A stretch of DNA of 51,033 nucleotides, from the NCBI GenBank assembly GCA_003427395.1, contig BFEA01000032.1, positions 531,524 to 582,556 on the forward strand. The letters are read 5' to 3'. Position 1 is the stretch's first letter. Each line of letters begins with the position of its first letter. The translations under genes were made by a program, and so were the position numbers. This DNA comes from Chara braunii (Eukaryota; Plantae; Charophyceae). The notes beneath the pieces were generated by a model. That model was not told where the DNA came from. It saw only the letters and a list, made by a program, of their open reading frames with translations, and did not search any database. Shown here piece by piece: positions 1-13,783 of this stretch.

Positions 1-1120
1 GGGGTGCCTACCTCGTAGGACGATGTGGTGGATAAATCCACTAGGGCTATACGGCAACCGGTGTTCAGCTACAGGTAAAAACCAGATATATGTAACTACG
101 GGATGTAAGAAACTTAGGTTGCAACACAGAAGCCCTAAAGTAGCTGGGGAGGGAAACCAACCCTTTGTAAGTTCGTTCTTTATTTTTTTGACATCCTTTC
201 TTGAATTGATAAAAAAATGAACATGTTTGCGCACCTCTCGTCTATCTTACGTTTGCGGTGTGTGAACGGAGGCGAAGTAGGGCTCAGTGGAAATAAGAAA
301 GTTTTATGTAACAACCCGACGTCGCCCCTATTTCATTCTCAATGCAAAAGAAAATTATTGTCAGAGTACATAACTACCCACCCTCGTCTCTCTTGCGGTT
401 GAGATGTAAGAGGATTGATATTTTCCTAGCAATGTATCCCTCTTGCGTTTCCGATGTAAGAGAATTGGTAGTTTCATACCAACGTATCATTGAGGCGAAG
501 TACGGCGAACTGGAAAGAGATGTAAGAGGATTGGTAGTTTCTTGCATTTTCAAGGCTAGAGGAAGTTATTGTTCAACTTCACAAATGTCTTAGGAAAATA
601 CACAATATTAAAAAATAAAATGTATATCATTATAAAGAATAAAATAAAAATAATTCAATTCAACAAACTATGCACATGTGTTTTTTTACTACATGAGCCA
701 GAAAAATAATATGTATGCTTAGAAGATCATAAAATAGATAAGTAGTGGTCAAAAAAATTAATGATGAATAAAAGGATTATCACCAGAAGACGAACAAAGC
801 ATTCACATCACGCAGTCCAAAATTAGTTGATAAAAAACAGATTACTCGTAGTGAAAGGACCCCACGACGAAGAACAGGAAGACTCGTAAAGACTATCATT
901 CTCGCTCTCGAAATTGGTTGAGGAATCACAAGCTTGTGAAAATGACATACAGGCAATATATCTTACTCGCGCCATCGCCCTCATATTAGACGTAACGGAA
1001 TCTGTACTACTTTGAATAATGCAAATGTGAGTGACAAAAGAAAAAGGAATTTATATGAACTTACGGGGGTGCCTGTGGTCTAATTTTGTGTAGGTGTGTT
1101 TTTAGGGAAGTCGAGGACAA

Positions 1121-1760
1121 TGGAAGACCTTAGCGCTAGCAGCAGCCGCGGGATCCGTAAATGTGAATGTTTTAAGGTGTGTGAACCGGTGCTGAAAATG
1201 AACGATGAAAACACCACGAAGTTTAGCGAGGACGATCTCACACGTTTCTCGCAGCTGCAGCTTGCGAAATATTGTTGGGCATTGCAGGATTGTCGGAACG
1301 AGCTGCTGACGACCTCAACGCACCTGCCTCCGTGAGATTGCTGGAGAGGGAGAAAACTGTTATATTGTGAGAGAAAATGAGATTATCGAGCGCACTGCAG
1401 AGCAGTGGAATGTGAGGGGGGAAGCACAACACAGAAAACGATGGAATCTATGTGTTACATGTCAATTAAGGACATCCAGAAATTTTGCCTCGCACTGGAG
1501 GAGTGTCGCAACGATATATCGAAAAAAAAATTCCGAGGGAGTACATGCAACCGTGAAGAATGGAGAAAAATTCACCGCGAAGAAGGGAGGAGCTTCAAAA
1601 TTCGGAGAATGACGAAAGTTGTGATATAGTGTTAAGTTTTAACGTGCATCTAGCCATCGCCGAATTTTGGAGCCATCGAGAAACGGTGTACAAGAGGCGA
1701 ATAATGGCAGCGCGTAAAAGGCAGCAATTCATGTCCCCAAATTATACTAGAAGACGGTGA
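1121..1760 (+). pseudogene. Degenerate ORF with an internally repeated Cys motif
   Basis: ORFs 1096..1335 and 1405..1629 share a frame, separated by two stops. They contain similar segments QLAKYCWALQDCRNEL and DIQKFCLALEECRNDI. Confidence 0.35.
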
Positions 1761-2477
1761 TTTGGTTATCAATGGCGAAAATGAGGAGACATGAGAAAAT
1801 GTGAATACCAAATTCACGGATAATGCAGAGGATGAATGATAATAAATATAATGAAATTGAAATATATGTTGAAATATATTTGATATGTTATTCGTAATGT
1901 ATGTTGATATATAGTAGTATATTATTAATAGCATGAATATATAAATGTGTAATTGGTGCAAGAGTCTATTTTTGGCGTGTGACTTAATAATATAATTCGG
2001 CAGTATAAAATATATATTTATAAAACATATAATAAAAATATATGTTTTTATGGAAGACGATATGAAACTTGGATGAAGGACGAGGAGAATTTTATTGCAA
2101 ACGAAATGTATAATAATAGGTTACGGATTTGGCAATGTATGAAACTTGGATGAAGGACAAGGATGCATTTTGTATGATTTGTTGGAACATTGTCATTTGT
2201 TTTTTCAATTAGAACGAATGATGAACGATGAAGAAAATTTATTGCAATTGTAGCGTACATTCAAAGTAAGATTACAAATTATCATTTTTGCACGTGGAAT
2301 AAGTGCGAGAAATGTAGCTAATACAAACATTCGTTTCTAATGTTGCCGTGTGTCCTTGTTGCAGGAATCGTTCGGCAGTGTGAATACGTTGTGAGACCCA
2401 CTTTTTGCATTGACCCTGGTGTCCTACACATCAAAGTTTAGATTGGTGCACATGATTTACGTTGACCTTTTTAAGAT

Positions 2478-2495
2478 GATAAGTCCGGTGTTTTG

Positions 2496-2541
<46 letters not shown>

Positions 2542-2561
2542 NNNNNNNNNNNNNNNNNNNN

Positions 2562-2653
<92 letters not shown>

Positions 2654-2786
2654 GAGAGGTAGGTTTAGACGGAGAGCGATTTTCCGTGAGAGAGAGGGAG
2701 AGAGTGAAGTTTAGATTGAGTGTGAGGTTTACATAGAGTGTACGGTTAAGGGAGAGAGAAATACATTTGGTGAGTGTGAGGTTTAC

Positions 2787-2843
<57 letters not shown>

Positions 2844-2945
2844 GTGACGTTTACAGAGAGTGTGAGGGTTACATAGAGTGTGCGGTTCAGAGGTTTAGAG
2901 AGAGATACATTCCGTGAGTGTGAGGTTTAGAGAGAGAGAGAGGTT

Positions 2946-2997
<52 letters not shown>
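2478..2997. repeat. (GA)n microsatellites interspersed with gagtgtgaggtttacatagag units
   Basis: Direct reading. Includes a short N gap at 2542-2561. Confidence 0.95.
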
Positions 2998-3000
<3 letters not shown>

Positions 3001-3002
3001 TC

Positions 3003-3720
3003 CTCATGTAAGATATTTCATGCAGAACGTGCCCCTATGTGAAGGTACTTCACGCAGAACTTGTCCCCATGTGCAGAAACTCCATGCAGAACATGTCCCT
3101 ATGAACGATCTTAGATATTCAGACGTATAGTATGTGACGATAGAGATGCCCCCACGTGAAGATACTAATGTAAAACATGTCCCCATGTGCAGACACTCCA
3201 TGCAGGACATATTCCCATGAACGATCTCATTAATGCAGAAATGTCCCCATGTGAAGATAGTTCATCCAGAACATGGCCTCACGTGAAGATACTCGTGCAG
3301 AACATGTCCCCATGTGCAGACACTCTATGCAAGTCATGACCCTATGTGCAGATATTCAATGTAGATGTCCCCATGTGAAGATAGTCCATGCAAAATATGC
3401 CCCTACGTGAAGACACTGCGTGCAGAACATATCCCCATATGAACATACTTAATGTTGAACATGCCCCTACATGAAGATACTTCATGCACAACATGTCTCC
3501 ATGAAGATAGTCCATGCAGAACATACCCCCACGTGAAGATACCACATGCAGAAGCACCACCTCATGCACAACATGTCCCCATGCGAAGATAGTCCATGCA
3601 ACCGACATTCAGATGTCCCCATATGAAGATAGTTCATGCACCATGCAACAGACATTCAGAGGTCCCCATGTGAAGATAGTCCATTTGATAATATGTCCCT
3701 ATGCGAAGATACCGCATGCA
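3003..3720. repeat. Degenerate ~32-bp minisatellite (CATGTCCCCATGTGAAGATAGTCCATGCAGAA-like)
   Basis: Roughly 20 tandem units, each with tgtcccca/gaagat/catgcag cores. Confidence 0.9.
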
Positions 3721-4512
3721 GAAGTGGCAACCCATGCATGGCGTATTCCATAATAAACTAGCCAAGTGTATCGTGTGTCAAATGGATCGCTGAAACGGGC
3801 ACGAACAGGCTTCTCCCACCTTGAGCACCCTTGGGAGATTAACCTGGACAACTTTTCGACCATAGACCTTGATGAAGATGCAGATGACAATAATACACAT
3901 GTGTCATGTGAAGATAGTCCATGCAACAGAATATGTCCCCATGGGAGATATTTCATGCAACAGAATATGTCCCCAAGGGAGATACACCTTGATGAAGATG
4001 CAGATGACAATAATGCACCTGTGTCATGTGAAGATAGTCCATGCAATAGAATATGTCCCCATGCGAAGATAGCACATGCGGAAGTGGCAACCCATGCATG
4101 ACGTATTCCATACTACATTGGCCAAGTGTATCATGTGTCAAATGGATCGCTGAAACGGGAACGAACAGGAACGAATAGGCTTTTCCCACCTCGAGGACCC
4201 TTGGGAGATCAACCTGGACACCATTTCGACCATAGACCTTGATGAAGATGCAGATGACAATAATACACTTGTGTCATGTGAAGATAGTCTATGCAACAGA
4301 ATATGTCCCCATGCCAAGATAGCACATGCAGAAGTGGCAACCCATGCATCGCGTATTCCATAATAAACTGGCCAAGTGTATCATGTGTTAAAAGGATCGT
4401 TGAAACGAGCACGAACAGGCTTCTCCCACCTTAAGCACCCTTAGGAGATCAACGTGGATACCTTTTTCACCATAGACCTTGATGAAGATGCAGATGACAA
4501 TAATACATATGT
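3721..4512. repeat. Three copies of a ~250-360-bp higher-order repeat
   Basis: gaagtggcaacccatgcat...ggatcgctgaaacg...catagaccttgatgaagatgcagatgacaataatacac starts at 3721, 4081 and 4331. Confidence 0.9.
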
Positions 4513-5084
4513 GCCAAGGTCTCAATTTCAAGTAATATCCAACGTGGTAACAATGGAAATCAAGGAGAAACACCCTATGCCCGATGTATTCCATAATAGG
4601 CATTTTAGAAGGTGAAAGTCGTCGTGATCACGGGCCAACTGTGGTCCGGGCAGAACACTGAAATGTTTTATGTATTGGTTTGGCCTCGAGTGTCCCGCTA
4701 TATCGGGGTTCCGAGACTAGGGCGGAATATTGAAATGCATCACAATAGTAAAAGTGGTGTCGTGAATGTAATTGTTAACAAAACCGTTATGTTCGAGGAG
4801 GATAAGTTACGATTAGCAACACAAATACACAAGAAATGTATGCAATATGAGAATTTCATGTTCAGAATAGTATACATAATTACGGTAATGGTCGTTTGTT
4901 GTTTGGCTGCAATTGAGTTGGCCTCCAGCAGTCGTGGTCATACTGATCATCGGAAGTGCAGATATAGTACTGAAATGTTATACAAGAAATGCATGAAAAT
5001 CTACAATTTAGTAATGTACAACTATATGCAGAACAGTAAACATCATTATGACAGCGTCTGTCGTGGCTTGGCTGTGGACTGAGG

Positions 5085-6862
5085 TTCGGGCATAATACTG
5101 TCATGTAATGTAGTTTTATTATTCTTGTAATGTAATTGTCAGCAAGGCAACAGTTCTCTTGGAGAAGGACACCTCGGGGGCAAAGAACTGCATTCACGGG
5201 TCATGCATGACATGTAAGTATTACAACCAAGCCACAAACGAGCATTGCAATTGGTAGATCAAGATACGTAACCGTCTGTCCACATACGAACCCTTTGAGG
5301 GGCAGAGGACCCCTGAGGGTCAAAGGACTGCATTTTCAGGTCTTGCATGATATTTTAGTTTCAGAGTTTTCACGGGCATTGTTGTGATATTGCTCGTCTG
5401 ACATTTGAGCAATAATACTGTAATGATATGCAGTTTTATTAGTGGTACAATGTAGTTCTCCTCAAGCAATAATACTGCAATGTTATGCAGTTACAAAACG
5501 GATCGTGCATGACATACCAGTACTACCACGAAGCCAACATTGAGGTTTGCTAATTGTTTCTTGCTGACTTATCGTGGTGCGGGGCATCGTTATGATATTT
5601 GGTCGTGTGAGGTGGGGATTATACCGAAATGTTACGCAATTTTATCAGTGTTGTAATGTAGTTCTCATCAAGACAACAATTTGACAACATTTTTGTTCAA
5701 CAAAGACACCTTAGGGCCAGGCCGAGCATGACAACGAAAAAAAAAAACGAGCTTTGACAATTGTTTTGATGAGAGTTATCGTGGGTCACAAGCATCGTTG
5801 TGATGTTGTTCGTATAAGGTATGGGCATTATACTGAAGCGTTATGCAGTTTTAGTAGTGTCGGGATGTAGTTTTTATCAAGATAACAGTTGTGTTCGACA
5901 AGGTGACCTAACGGCCAAACAACAACATTTAGGGGTTGTGCATGACATTTTAGTATTACAAGTAAGGCAAAAACGAGCTTTGCTAATTGTCCAGCTCCGA
6001 TGGGGGTCACATACGTTTTTTGTGATATTGCTCATATGAGGTCTAGGCAATACAACACTGTAATGCATGTGTTGTAGTGTAGTTCTCGAGAAGATGATAG
6101 GTGTGTTCGATAAGACCACCTCAAGGCAAAACAAAAGCATTTAAAAGGTCTTGCATGACAATGCAGTAGTACAATCAAGGCAGAAACTAAGTTTGCTAAT
6201 TGTTTTGGTCAAACGTGGCGGGGTAACAGACGTCGTTTTCGGTATTGCTCCTATGAGATATAAGCATTATACTGAAAAGTTATTCAGTTTTATTATTGTT
6301 GCAATGTAGCTGTCATGAAGACAACTATCATCACAACAGTACATAACAAGTGCATTCCCTGGTGTGTTGGGCTATGTAGACCTGCGATTGCGGTTGTTTG
6401 GCCCTGAGGTCTGACGAAGTTAGTTTATGGTTTGGCTGTAACACCAGAATGTCATGCATATATACATTGTTTGGCAGACGAATGCAGTAGCCCGTGTCGC
6501 CAATGCAGTGCTATTAGTGTTGTGAAGTAATTTTCATCAACATAATTGTTTTCTTTGGCAAGGGGAAATTTCAACAACATAAAACACATGAAATGAATGC
6601 ATGTTACTTTACTACTAGTATTAAAACGGAGCCAAAAACGAGGTTTGTCAATTGATAGGTCCAGAGTTGACGTGGGTTACAGCCGTCGATGTAATACTGC
6701 TCGTTATGAGGTGTGGGCATTATACTGAAATGTATTCAATTTTATTGTTGTTACAATTTGGTTATCATGAAGACAACTATCATCACAATAGTACATATTG
6801 AATGTCCGGCTTGGACACCTCGGCGCCAAACAACTGCATTTCCCGGTGTGTTGGGCTATCTT

Positions 6863-6919
<57 letters not shown>

Positions 6920-7165
6920 TTGTTATAACCACCGCCCACGATGTGTAAACCCACGATTGTGGTCATTTGGCTCTCCTCAGGTCAGACAAAGGTAGTCAAT
7001 GGCTTGGATGTAACACTTTAATCTCATGCATATACACATTGTTTGCCACACGAATACCAATGTAGCTACGACTCGCAAATGCAGTTGACATCCCCCGTTG
7101 CGATAATACTGAAATGTTATCCGCTATTATTAGTGTTGTAATGTAATCTTCATCAGGATAACCGT
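5085..7165. repeat. Highly degenerate ~200-220-bp satellite-like tandem array
   Basis: The core ggcatt/aatactg.aatgttatgcagttttattagtgttgtaatgtagttctcatcaag recurs near 5090, 5410, 5615, 5823, 6047, 6264, 6716 and 7103. (TA)n at 6865-6914. Confidence 0.75.
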
Positions 7166-7480
7166 TCTCTTTGGGAAGAAGAAAATTTTAGAAACATAAA
7201 TACAGCAAACGGATGAATGTTGAAAATAGTACAGATTGACATAATTACGATATGGAAAGTGACCTCGACAAAACCTTTTCGATTCTGGGTGTCTAAAATT
7301 TGGGCAGTGTGTACTAAACACTGAAACTTTTCCATGTGGGGTAGTACGGGCTTATCGTCGTGTGGTTTACTGGATCATCAATACGATGCCTAAACAGCGA
7401 GAGATCGAACATGTTGTAAAAGAGGCTTAGGTCGGTGCCCCCAAATGGATAGCACAGACTCGTGAGCACTGAGAGAAACG

Positions 7481-8990
7481 CAGTGGCCTAGGTTCGTGCT
7501 GACCGTGCAATGTTTGTGTTAAGGGTCGTGCTGGCAACGGGCCGAGTTGGCCGTGGCATACTTGTATTGTCATAATTGACTTGTGATAATTTTCATTGTA
7601 CCTAATGCAACGATACACGTCATGGGTGGTTGTCATACGCTTTGGGTGGACTGCCATCTTTGAACAGCATGTAGTATGTAATAATAATCTAAGTTGAGTG
7701 CTCGTCCCAACATGCCAACAACTCCTGCATGGACTGCCGACTTGTGATAGTTGACACAATATGTAATAATGCATGGACCCCCGTCTTCAGACAGTATTCA
7801 TATGTTGACTAACCCGCGATATATTGCGTTTTACATATTTCGTCACCATTGACTTGTGGTAATGGTTAATCATGGAGCACAAGGAGATAATACAGAACGA
7901 GCAATGGTTTGGAGCATACACGATCGTTGTGGTTTCGGAGGCCTTAAGGAGCAGTGACCACAATGAGCAGGCCCGTGACCATTTGAAGCCCCCGCAGATG
8001 TCAGGCCCCCATGGCCGTACGCAGTCGTGGCCCTTCCTCGCATTGTGGCGCTCATCCTAAAAACCTTGAAATATTCAACCATGTTTTTCCTAGTATCAAC
8101 AGACAACCGGTTCCAAACTCCACAATCCTAAGCCCTTGCATGGCCTATCTCATCGTTAAACTTGTTTGGCAGTGTACGTCAAATAGGCCATAGCCTGTCT
8201 TCGGCCGGTTACACTTCTCTCATTCTGTAATATTGAAACGGCCCGCAAGTAAAGGAAGCCCCTGAGGATGGGAAGCCGTTGGGTGAGTTTTGTCCTAGCT
8301 CAGGGCCATGCTAACCCTGCTCCGTGCTTGCACCGGGTTGAGTTGCCCATGGACTCCGCCAACAGCGGCGAAGTCTTCGTACGTGCACTGGGCCGATTTC
8401 CGGGCCTAAGATGTAGTGGCCATGACCCGCACAGGCTCACGAACGTGCTGGCTCAGGGCTTGCATTGGGCTGTGCTGACCATTAAAAGCCGTGCTTGCAC
8501 TAGGCCGTGCTGGCCCTGGGCCGTGTCTGCATTGGGTCGAGTTGACCCTCGGCCGTGTTCCCACTCAGCCGAGTTGTCCACCCCCATTATCCCCATTATC
8601 CGACCAATGTGGGGTACATCCCAAAATTCTTCATATTTCGCCGTTTTTTCACACATCCACACAAAAACCGTTTGCAAAACCCTCCACAACATCCAGCTTC
8701 TGCGCCCTGACCTGTCTCATCGTTATACGTGTTTGGTACTCTATGTTGATTAGGCCCAATCCCCCACTGCTTAGACGTGGCCCCGCTGTGGTGACCTCCC
8801 GTACCCGAGAAGTTGCGGCCATAGCCCGTGCCTGGCCGTGCTCGCACTCGGCCGAGTTGTCCACCCCCGTGATCCGGGCAATGTGATGCTCATCCCAAAA
8901 TCTTTCATTTTCACCTGTTTCTTCGTCCCTTTCGGAACTCCAGAGTCCCACGTGGAACATTTCCGTCTCACTATCGTGTGCCACTGAAAA
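7481..8990. repeat. GC-rich region with dispersed GGCCGTG/GCCGAGTTG motifs and a ~90-bp internal duplication, probably transposon-derived
   Basis: ggccgtg.tc.cactc.gccgagttgtccaccccc...catcccaaaat occurs at about 8550-8640 and 8834-8920. Many ggccgtg/gccgag motifs. Confidence 0.5.
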
Positions 8991-11909
8991 TGGCCACATA
9001 AAAGTGCTCCTATGGAGTCAAAGCATTATTGCAGCTTCCTGCTGTCAAATGATTGTGGAATAAATACGCTTTTCTCGTAAAAATTTACAACCACTCATCT
9101 TGAGCACGTGCACCCCCTCACCCCCTCCTGTTCACGTTATCACAACTTTTTCATGAATCATTATTTTTATCGTCCCGTCTGCACGGCCAGGGGCTACAAC
9201 CGCTGAAGTTTCATGTGATATCCTCCCATTCCCCAAAATAGAATACTGTAAAATTCGTCAGATTAGTCCAACGAATTAAGAGTTAGTCAATGGCTACAGT
9301 GACAACAAGTGACTTTATTAAATCCAGCTTCACCACACACACAGTTGACGATTGGTACAAAAAGATACTGTGGTACTGCGCTGCCAGGTTACTTCGTGCA
9401 ATCAATGATCATCAATCATCAATGTATTTCGATTATAAAGGAAGCTGGACCCAGTTCCCAGCTCGTCCTTTCGAGGTGTGGAGGCAGGAGGACATCGTGG
9501 AATTCTTGATTGACAGGAATCATTTGGAGGACCATATGGAGAAAGTGATAGGGCTACTCCCCTGGAGCAATAAATTTCCTAGTCTCGCTACTCCCCTCTC
9601 AACACTTCGCATCCCTCGGCTGCTATTCCAACCGCACCTTCCTACACTGCCAAGCCTCACGCACTCTGTGCAGCACCTCCTTCACCTCCTGTTCGCCATA
9701 TTCGCCCGCTCTTCCTTCTCGCCATTGTCCCAAATTTCACCATTAAAAGTTCGGTTTTCTAGATGTAATTCCGAGCAGGGATACATTGCACTACTTCGGG
9801 CTTCATTACCACCTTCCTTACTCTATGGCACCATCGGTACTGCACTTTGGACCTGCGCCTTCCTCACCTTTCTCTCATCTCTTGCATGAACGACAGGAGC
9901 CTCGGTAATAGGATCAGAAGCGATTATGGGGCTGTCGTCCTGCGCCTTCCTCACGTTTCTCTCATCTCTTGCATTTGCAGGCACATCTTATATTCTCTCC
10001 CTTTTCATGCCCCCCTTGATTTTTCTCTTCCCTCCACCTCTTCACCATCCCCTATCTATCTCGCCTCTCTGTCTATCCACTCGTCTTCCATTGAGCATGG
10101 AAGTTATCCCTTCCTCTGAAGAGCTTCCCCATGCAAGACAGAAATGTATTTCAAGGATTGTCACAATGTGGTCTATTGATCCGTGCGGATGCAGGATAAA
10201 AGAGATCTGGAGGTTATGTCTGGAGATATATTGCGATCTGGAGGTTTTGTCTGGAGATATATTGCTCTCCCGTCTTCTCTTTCTCTTTTACCCTCTCTCT
10301 CTCTCTCTCTCTCTCCCCATTTTCTTCTTCGTATACAACCCTGGTTCCCCTCCTGCATCTTCTTGGATGTGCTTGCAGCCAGGTTTTGGGCGGGATCCCA
10401 TTGGATTGGGATCTACAAGCATCCTGCTGGTCACTTCGTACAGAAATTTGCAGCTGGCATTCTACTTCGCTCGCATCACATCGCCTTCAACGGATGGAAA
10501 TGCTTTCCCCCTACGACCGGGGGAATGCTATTATCACCTCTCCCAGCATGAGGAAAGTTCTGTTTTGGGGGCGAAGGGGGGGAAGGGGACGGGGGGGGGA
10601 AGAAAACGAAAACCCTACTACACGAATATTAGATATTTCGGAAAATCCTAGCTACGGTAAGATTCTTGGCGCAAGGACATAAATTAAGGTCTACCCTACT
10701 CTATGAATATTAGTCGAAAACATCAAGGAACTCCCAACTATGCGACAACGGACATGGTAGAGTAGACCACCGAACTGTCAAAATGTAGACCGGAATTCAA
10801 ATCCATTTCGATGTTCAGTTGCGGGCAAAAGAAGTGCTAACTTCCCACACCCCTTTACCACCCAGTCAGCTTCGCCGAAGCTCTCAGGGCAGACTCACCC
10901 TAGGCTTTTCCCGAAACTGGCTCGAGGACTAGGGGTTCTTGAATTTGTCTAACCGTAATTATAGCCAGAGTCAATGAATGCAATGGGAATCGACTTCAGA
11001 AATTCGCCAATTTCTGCGAGTGATTACACCGACATTCATAGAACCTCACCCTAACTGCGTCGAGGTACACATACCCATGAGCTGAGCTGTCGTCGGCACA
11101 GCAGCTCGACACCAGCTCTCCCGAATTCCGTACCTAACTGCGGTAATATACATCTTACACAAACTGCTGAAATACAGATCAGATTTCAATGCCGTATCTC
11201 AGGCCACAATCCAGGATATCCTCTGCCGAATTTGCAAGGGATTACGGTCAGATGCATCGAGCTTGGTCGTAACCGTGGTCAGATACATGTAAAAAATTCG
11301 TTCTTTATACCCACGTACTGTTGAAATAAAGACCAGAGTCCGAATGTGCGTTCTTTGTTCACTTTTGGGGAGTACCAGATTCAACGCCCCCGCGACCGTG
11401 TCCCCGACGCTAAGAGCCCCCGCCACCGTTTCCCCGACGCTAAACTATCGTGTGCGTACGTGCACCCTCCGTTCGAATATGTGTTCACTGTGGGCACCCT
11501 TCCCCTATGTCTACGTTTCTTAAGCTGGGGACATATACCCACTCCAAGCCTTTTTCCGCAAATTCCTGCCCGAAGTGGGTACCCCCTTCTAGTGCACCTT
11601 TTAGTGGCCCCGACTGCCAGAGTGTTTTCCCTATGTCTTCATGCTTCTTTTAGTGTAGGAATTTGCAGAAAAAGTCTTGGACTGCCAGACTATTTCGTCC
11701 AACTCCACCAATTATGTGCTTTGTTTTGTTTTTTTGTGTTGACAAATTCACTAAACACGAAAAGAAGGATTACTGTGTGCACTGCTTCGAGGTGCCCATC
11801 TACCCAACAAACTCTGCTCAGAAACATTCATCAGCCGTGATCAACCCCCACTCCCTTCACCCCAGCAACTAACCACCGCACTGAAGGGCCGGCTTCGAAT
11901 GGACCTCAC

Positions 11910-12179
11910 CTGACTGGGACGCAAGGACAGCATCCAGCAAGGAATTGTGGTTTGTACTAGCCATGGACAAGTCCAGTTGGATGTGAAAAGGGCCTCCAAG
12001 GCTCCGATGCAAAATCAGAAGGTCGTCAGACAGGGAGAGCTCGCTCCTACTGGCCAAGGCCAAAACTGATGAGCTTATCATTCTGTAGATGTTTTCAAAT
12101 GGGACGGCGGACACGCTTTTCGGCAGGTGCAGCTCCCCACCAAGAGACAGTAGGTACACGCGGGGGCTACCACTGGGGG
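11910..12179 (-). CDS. Candidate internal exon of an unidentified gene
   Basis: Bounded by gtgcag| and CAG|GTGAGG, 270 nt, open, with protein-like composition (PSGSPRVYLLSLGGELHLPKSVSAVPFENIYRMISSSVLALAS...). Partner exons were not found. Confidence 0.3.
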
Positions 12180-13647
12180 CTGCACGCATCACCTCCGCTG
12201 ACACCTCCCATGGTGTTTCTTTTTCCAAAAAGTACGACTGTGTGCGGTGACACCTCCTGCAACATCCCCAAACTCTCATTCCGTGCTCATGCCATCACAA
12301 ACCATCCACGAGAAAAGGAATCACACAACCAATTTAATAGAGAGTCCAAAGCTCCCACGTCTGACTAGTTGAGGGGGAAGTGCACACAAGGCCATCTGCC
12401 GCCGATGCGACAGACGTTCAAAAGTGTGTGCGGGTTTATAGGTATGCGTGTGTGTGAACGTTTTATATTTCGAAACGCACGCACACCCACGCACAGACAC
12501 TCGCACCTCAAATCGAGTTTCACCACAACGGGCCGTGTTCCACTCAGATGCGTCGACACAAAATCGATGCAGCATTACCTTTGCTGCGCACAACGAAACA
12601 GAATTGATAAGCCATGTCAACAATGAATAACTTGACTGCACATACCAAGCAACAATGAACAGAGCAGACCCTTAGTATTCCATTCTTTACTACTCTTATA
12701 GGGCACCTCTCATTTTCTTTAGTGAATTGCCTTTCGAGGGGGAGGGCTGCGCCACGCTCTGCTGCAGTGCAATACATATGCGACACGTAAGGGGTCGGGT
12801 AAGCAACCGTCGCCCAGAAAACAAAAATTGATTCAGTTCTTCAGATACTACACGTTATCTTTGTATTTTCAGCTACCTTTTTACTCCACCTCCCACGTAC
12901 TCGGCTGGCGACGTTGACGCAGTTTAGCACGAGCTGCCGACATCCGCGCGTGACTTAACCGCACACTTGAACGTTATGAAAGGAGAAAGCGTAAAGGGTG
13001 GGGTATAGTCCTCATTTCTCTACTGATTCAGTTCATATTCAATCTGTCATCAAAATAGTGCTCGTTCCTCTTTGTTTAATACCGTAGTACTGCAGAGGGA
13101 TGCACGAAGGGGTACACGACGAGTGAGCAGAGGAGCGAAATGAAGGGGCAGAGACATCGTGCTCAATACCTATCGCTGGAGCATAGGCAGATTTCCAGAC
13201 AAAAAGAGAGCGATAACGAGAGCACATGACAGTTGCGGGAGTTGCTTGAAAGTGTTCGTGCATTCACATGCATTCCCAATCGTTCCTAGATACCCACATT
13301 GGTGAAGATACTATTTCCTGACAAACCAAAGGCAAATGTTCGTCCAGATAAAAAAGAATCCAAGGGATCGTGACACGCAAACGTGAAATCAAACGATCGT
13401 CTGTGAGGGAGAGAAAAAAACAAAAGGAACATTAAAAGGGAATGAAAAAAGAGGGTTGAACGATTTTGACAGGATAGAAGGCAAGGGGAGGCCGATTGAA
13501 AAAGACGCCGGTATGCAGAGATGGAGAATTCTTGGAGATAGAAAATTACAAAACCAAATGCAGTGCTGATAATCAAGCACTCCAGGGAGTGCAGCCAGGG
13601 CGTACAGCTAATTAAGCACTCCACGGAGAACAGGTAATCAAAAACAC

Positions 13648-13783
13648 ATCTGCAAGTCCAGCTGATCACAGCATCTATTCTGGATGCAACCCATATCTGC
13701 ACGTCCAGCTGATCACAGCATCTTTTCTGGATGCAACCCATATCTGACGTCCAGCTGATCACAGCATCTATTCAAGATGCAAC
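13648..13783. repeat. ~47-bp tandem repeat, about 3 copies
   Basis: atctgca.gtccagctgatcacagcatct.ttctggatgcaacccat repeated. Confidence 0.9.

Noticed and set aside
3003-3720. CRISPR-like periodicity of ~32-bp repeats
   Set aside because: Units are degenerate and directly tandem with no unique spacers, there are no cas genes and the context is eukaryotic.
7481-8986. CAGTGGC...GCCACTG as a hAT TIR pair
   Set aside because: Only 7 bp match, and the 8-bp flanks (gagaaacg / aaaatggc) do not form a TSD.
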